From Motilibacteraceae bacterium (lineage in GTDB: Bacteria; Actinomycetota; Actinomycetes; Motilibacterales; Motilibacteraceae), in contig JBQCIO010000106.1 in assembly GCA_051953655.1 (NCBI GenBank), positions 8,052 through 72,051 of the forward strand: a stretch of 64,000 nt of DNA. The letters run 5' to 3'. Below are positions 63,375 to 64,000 of this stretch, piece after piece. How positions within the stretch are numbered: position 1 is the first letter of the stretch; every line of letters starts with the position of its first letter. Under the pieces are notes generated by a model. That model ran no database searches, had not been told where the DNA came from, and worked only from the letters and a program-made list of their open reading frames with translations. Position numbers and translations under genes: made by a program.

Positions 63375-64000
63375 ATGACCCTTTTCACGCACGGACGTCC
63401 AGACCTCCGCCACGGCCGGGCAGGCCGGCGAGCCCGGCGGCGCGGGCTTCCCGCGGCGGTCGGCCTGGTCCCCGCCCTGGCCCTGACGCTGGTCGTCGCG
63501 CCACCGGCGGCCGGCGGCCGGCCAGCACCCGCGCACGCGGCGGCAGCGGTCCGCACCGAGCGGCTGGCCGGCCAGGACCGCTATGCCACGGCCGTCGCCG
63601 TCGCTCGACGCGCCTTCCCGGACGGGGCGTCCACCGCGGTGCTCGCCGGCGGCGAGAGCTTCCCCGACGCGCTGTCCGCGGCCCCGCTCGCCGTCGCGGT
63701 GCACGCCCCGGTCCTGCTCACCGCGCACGACCGGCTGCCCACCAGCACCCGGGACGAGCTCGAGCGGCTCGGTGTCTCCCGCGTTCTCGTCCTGGGCGGT
63801 CCGGGCGCGATCAGCCCGCAGGTGGCCGATCAGGTCGCCAGGCTGGCCACCGTGGAGCGGATCGGCGGGGCGGACCGGTACGCCACATCGCGGGACGTGG
63901 CCCGGCGCCTGGGCCAGGAGTCCGACGTCGCACCGGCCGACGCCATCGTCGTCAGCGGCCGGGCCTTCCCGGACGGTCTGGTGGCCGGCGCCGCCGCCAC
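63375..64000 (+). CDS. secreted cell-wall-binding repeat (CWB2-type) protein, N-terminal part; continues beyond the right edge
   Basis: Absent from the ORF track because no stop lies in the window. My translation from the ATG at 63375 reads MTLFTHGRPDLRHGRAGRRARRRGLPAAVGLVPALALTLVVAPPAAGG...RLAGQDRYATAVAVARRAFPDGASTAVLAGGESFPDALSAAPLAVAVHAPVLLT...RIGGADRYATSRDVARRL...AIVVSGRAFPDGLVAG. That gives a signal peptide and at least two G.DRYAT / FPDAL repeats. Confidence 0.75.
   Translation, partial: MTLFTHGRPDLRHGRAGRRARRRGLPAAVGLVPALALTLVVAPPAAGGRPAPAHAAAAVRTERLAGQDRYATAVAVARRAFPDGASTAVLAGGESFPDALSAAPLAVAVHAPVLLTAHDRLPTSTRDELERLGVSRVLVLGGPGAISPQVADQVARLATVERIGGADRYATSRDVARRLGQESDVAPADAIVVSGRAFPDGLVAGAAA

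Overview
High-GC (about 70% or more by eye) actinobacterial-type chromosomal segment. It is almost entirely coding. I saw no rRNA, tRNA, CRISPR array, transposase or prophage genes. Many long ORFs in the track are antisense or out-of-frame shadows typical of GC-rich DNA. I trimmed or ignored them wherever a recognisable protein lies on the other strand or frame.

Layout:
(1) 1-18.4 kb, all minus strand. A complete secretin-less type IVa pilus (T4P) locus sits between aroE and aroC of the alaS-ruvX-mltG-aroE...aroC housekeeping block. Gene order is pilB-pilT-pilC, two tandem pilins, three minor or pilin-like proteins, pilD and pilMNO plus one extra membrane protein. Directly upstream of pilB, and abutting it, is a Roadblock/LC7 + DUF4388(PATAN) + small MglA/CvnD-like GTPase + small ORF module. 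The 378-nt leader of the major pilin gene contains a sequence that aligns by eye to the conserved core of the c-di-GMP-I (GEMM-I) riboswitch.
(2) 18.4-28.6 kb. aroE, mltG, ruvX, alaS, two small membrane proteins, a DUF559 endonuclease-like gene bracketed by three copies of a 57-bp palindromic repeat, rarA, and an acyl-CoA dehydrogenase-like gene.
(3) 28.7-39.7 kb, plus strand. A 10-gene translationally coupled carbohydrate operon: ABC importer, isomerase/epimerase, Zn-ADH, class II aldolase, FGGY kinase, 2-hydroxyacid dehydrogenase and GH42.
(4) 39.8-41.4 kb. A WXG-like polymorphic toxin with an AT-richer C-terminal module and an overlapping immunity-like gene.
(5) 41.5-53.5 kb. Reductase, GNAT, a PAS-GGDEF-EAL protein, a DMT transporter, a frameshifted CPBP protease, and a split NarL-type two-component locus whose three promoter regions share a conserved motif.
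(6) 53.7-64 kb. An atypical FtsH-like AAA+ metalloprotease, a lipoprotein, aspS, hisS, an MBL hydrolase, cyclophilin, DUF349, and a partial cell-wall-binding-repeat protein.

All family assignments come from reading the translated sequences. No database search was run.
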